Source: an uncultured Akkermansia sp. (GTDB lineage: Bacteria > Verrucomicrobiota > Kiritimatiellia > RFP12 > JAAYNR01). From it: a stretch of DNA of 64,000 nucleotides. This document shows positions 61,327 through 64,000 of this stretch, one piece after another. Below the pieces are notes generated by a model, which saw only the letters and a list, made by a program, of their open reading frames with translations, had not been told where the DNA came from and searched no databases. Position 1 is the stretch's first letter, and each line of letters opens with the position of its first letter. The stretch lies in the NCBI GenBank assembly GCA_964506575.1, contig CAZDLY010000004.1:19876-83875 (forward strand), written 5' to 3'. The position numbers and the translations under genes were made by a program.

Positions 61327-62151
61327 TCAGAACGGCCGCGAACCGGTAAACCGCTGGCGCTGGGTTTTGACCTTGGGCTCTTCCAAGCCGAGCGCGTACC
61401 ACAGGTCGCCCAGTCCCGCATTGTTGAAGTGGTTGATCTTGTTGTTCGCCAGCAGGTCGCGGTTGCGCTTGAGCGTCTCGTTCTCCGCCTTCTCGCAACC
61501 GCGGATCAGTATCTTGTGCGCCTGCTCCACCGCCCCCCGCTGCACCAGCATCCACGAATAGGCGGCGTACAGGATCGCCGCATCCGCGCCCCGTCCGAAC
61601 CTCAGACTTCGCTTGACCTGTTTCTCAAAAAAAGCATCCAGCCCCGGGTCTTTGAGCTGATACATCCGGGCCAGCTTCATGGCGGCCGTCATCGGCTCGA
61701 TGAACAGGCAGCGCGGCATCAGCTCGTCCACCTTCTTGAACTCCTGGATCTGGTAATAGAGCTGCATCCGCAGCGTGGTGATTTGCTTGCCCAGCAACGG
61801 ACTCCAGCGGCGCCAGCGTTCAAGACCCTTCGACGCCTCCAACGCCAGATCGACCGATTTGCGCTGCTCGCGTTCGAGCTCGATCTGGGCCTGCTTCGGG
61901 CTCCCCGGCGGCCGCAACTGCCATTGGTTGACTTTGGCCTGCAGGCGCTTTTGACCGGCGAGCAGGATATCCTGCACCGCCTTCATCCCCGCCTCAACTT
62001 TCCGCTTCAGCCAGAAACCGGCCGCCACCTGGAGGGCCAATGCGGCCAGCGCGCCCCACAGCACGCTCCACCCCGGTCCGGCCGTGTGGCTGAACCCCAG
62101 GCCCCCGCCCGCCGCAAACCCGAACAAGACCGCAATCAGTATCGTATACAT
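61327..62151 (-). CDS. Hypothetical membrane protein with helical (TPR-like) C-terminus
   Basis: 274 aa, two N-terminal TM helices, helical repeats. Confidence 0.7.
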   Translation of the reverse strand: MYTILIAVLFGFAAGGGLGFSHTAGPGWSVLWGALAALALQVAAGFWLKRKVEAGMKAVQDILLAGQKRLQAKVNQWQLRPPGSPKQAQIELEREQRKSVDLALEASKGLERWRRWSPLLGKQITTLRMQLYYQIQEFKKVDELMPRCLFIEPMTAAMKLARMYQLKDPGLDAFFEKQVKRSLRFGRGADAAILYAAYSWMLVQRGAVEQAHKILIRGCEKAENETLKRNRDLLANNKINHFNNAGLGDLWYALGLEEPKVKTQRQRFTGSRPF

Positions 62152-62235
62152 GCTTTATCCTTGTTGACCTCGAACGAATATATCATAATCAGGCATATCT
62201 TTTGACAACTCAAGCCTAAAAGGAAACGAACGCTC

Positions 62236-63519
62236 ATGAAGACCCTCGCATTGCGGCTTTACGGCAAGAACGACCTCCGTCTGGAACGGTTCGACCTCCC
62301 CAGGATCGGCGATGACGCCATCCTCGCCGACATCGTTTCGAACAGCATCTGCATGTCCGATCACAAAGCCGCGGCTCAGGGTCCCGACCACAAGCGCGTT
62401 CCCCGTGATGTCGGGCAGCATCCGATCATTCTGGGCCACGAGTTTTGCGGCCGTCTGCTGCAGGTCGGAAAGAAATGGCAGGGCCGTTTCCACGTCGGCC
62501 GGAAATACAGCATCCAGCCGCAGTTGAACATTCCGGGCCAGGAGCACCTGGCGCCGGGCTACTCCTTTCCCTTCATCGGCGGACAGGCGACCCGGATCGT
62601 GATCCCCCGCGAAGTGATGGAGCTGGAGTGCCTGCTCGATTATGACGGCGAGTCCTATTTCAAGGCTTCGCTGGCCGAGCCGGTCTGCTGCATCATCGGC
62701 GGCATGAAAACCAATTACCATTTCAAGCCCGGCGAATACACTCACCAGCAGGGAATCCGCGAGGGAGGCGCCATGGCCATCCTCGCCGGAGCCGGGCCCA
62801 TGGGCCTGAGCGCAATCGATCTCGCGCTGCACGGCGACAACCGGCCGTCGGTTCTGGTTGTCACCGACATCGACCAGCCCCGCCTCAACCGCGCGGCCGC
62901 GATATTTTCGCCCGGTCACGCGAAGACGCTGGGCATCGCCCTTCATTACTTCAACACCGCCGCCTCGACCGACCCGGTCGGCGAGATGCGCGCCCTCACC
63001 CAGGGCAAGGGATTTGACGATGTCTTTGTCTTCGCGCCGGTCGCGCCGCTCTGCGAGCAGGCCTCGGCGATCCTGGGCTACAACGGCTGCCTGAACTTCT
63101 TTGCCGGACCCTCCAAGCCGGATTTCAAGGCGCCGATCAACTTCTACGACGTGCACTACACGGGTCATCATGTGGTCGGCTCGTCGGGCGGCAACACCGG
63201 CGACCTGCGCGACGCGCTCACCCTGTCCTCGCAAGGCCGGATCAACCCGTCGGTCATGGTCACCCACGTCGGCGGGATCGACTCGGCCGCGCAGGCGACC
63301 ATTGATCTGGTCAAGATCCCCGGCGGCAAGCGGCTGGTCTACACCCACGTCTCCATGCCGATGACCGCCATCTCCGACTTCGCCGCCGTTGGACAGACCA
63401 ACCCCCTCTTCGCCCAACTGGCCGCGATCTGCGACCGCCACAACGGCCTCTGGTCGGACGAGGCCGAGCGCTGCCTCCTCGCCCAGGCGCCGCGTCTGGA
63501 GCCGGACGCCGCGGTGTAA
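62236..63519 (+). CDS. Zn-binding dehydrogenase family, L-sorbose-1-phosphate reductase-like
   Basis: SICMSDHK, GHE, LAEP, GAGPMG, VGSSGG. Confidence 0.8.
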   Translation: MKTLALRLYGKNDLRLERFDLPRIGDDAILADIVSNSICMSDHKAAAQGPDHKRVPRDVGQHPIILGHEFCGRLLQVGKKWQGRFHVGRKYSIQPQLNIPGQEHLAPGYSFPFIGGQATRIVIPREVMELECLLDYDGESYFKASLAEPVCCIIGGMKTNYHFKPGEYTHQQGIREGGAMAILAGAGPMGLSAIDLALHGDNRPSVLVVTDIDQPRLNRAAAIFSPGHAKTLGIALHYFNTAASTDPVGEMRALTQGKGFDDVFVFAPVAPLCEQASAILGYNGCLNFFAGPSKPDFKAPINFYDVHYTGHHVVGSSGGNTGDLRDALTLSSQGRINPSVMVTHVGGIDSAAQATIDLVKIPGGKRLVYTHVSMPMTAISDFAAVGQTNPLFAQLAAICDRHNGLWSDEAERCLLAQAPRLEPDAAV

Positions 63520-63554
63520 GCGACCCGGTCTGGTCTCACGATTATCTCAGGGAC

Positions 63555-63597
63555 AAAAAACACGAACCGGCTATCCACCTCCTGGATGGCCGGGTTC
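63555..63597 (-). terminator. Probable terminator between convergent genes
   Basis: GAACCGGCTATCCA...TGGATGGCCGGGTTC hairpin with adjacent A-run. Confidence 0.55.
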
Positions 63598-63614
63598 TCT
63601 GTTATGGGTGCGGG

Positions 63615-64000
63615 CTATTGATGAGGCTCGGTCTGCACGGGACGCCGGGTCAGCAGCGACACCACGACCAGCGTGAGGAAGCTCAGGGGGATCGAGATGA
63701 TCCCGGGGTTGCTGAACGGGATAATCGCGCGGGCCGGGTCAAGCCCGTACACTTTGTACAGATCGGGCGAAAGCGCGATCAGCGTCAGCGAGGATACCAC
63801 GCCCATCAGAATCGAGGCGGTAATGCCGCGCGCGGTCGTCCGCTTCCAGAAAAGCAGCATGACCAGCGCCGGCAGGTTGGCCGAAGCGGCCACGGCGAAC
63901 GCCAACCCGACCAAAAACGTGACATTCATCCCTTTGAATAGGATTCCCAGCATGATCGCGATCGCGCCGATCACCACAGCCGACACTTTGCCGGCCATGA
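63615..64000 (-). CDS. C-terminal part of sodium:solute (cation/acetate, ActP-like) symporter, 5' truncated
   Basis: LVGLAFAVAASANLP.L...FW, NPGIISIPL. Confidence 0.8.
   Translation of the reverse strand, partial: MAGKVSAVVIGAIAIMLGILFKGMNVTFLVGLAFAVAASANLPALVMLLFWKRTTARGITASILMGVVSSLTLIALSPDLYKVYGLDPARAIIPFSNPGIISIPLSFLTLVVVSLLTRRPVQTEPHQ

Overview
High-GC bacterial chromosomal segment; gene content (mcsA-mcsB-clpC without ctsR, divergent LpxC, FprA, tmk-holB-PSP1) is compatible with an anaerobic PVC-superphylum organism such as Kiritimatiellota/Lentisphaerota (inference, not verified). Mostly housekeeping genes (GH94/GH20/GH4 sugar enzymes, nadA, pyrC, cell-envelope enzymes, fabD-fabG-acpP, def, recR, glgP, serC, ispF, cysS, tmk, holB, aroQ, ruvC, alr, nnr). 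Non-obvious elements: tRNA-Asn followed by an accessory region (rubredoxin-like protein between 61-bp duplicated terminator elements, a 16-Cys exported protein, a 1066-aa unknown exported protein, MFS, B12 radical SAM, FprA, a nucleotidyltransferase plus unknown-partner pair with toxin-antitoxin-like promoter architecture, and an intact ISKra4-like IS with a likely -1 frameshift); a three-gene decayed sugar-catabolism operon; an orphan candidate double-cubane cluster protein; an XerCD dif site at 53955-53982; and a vapBC module bracketed by 25-bp direct repeats. All product calls come from motif recognition by eye; no database search was run.
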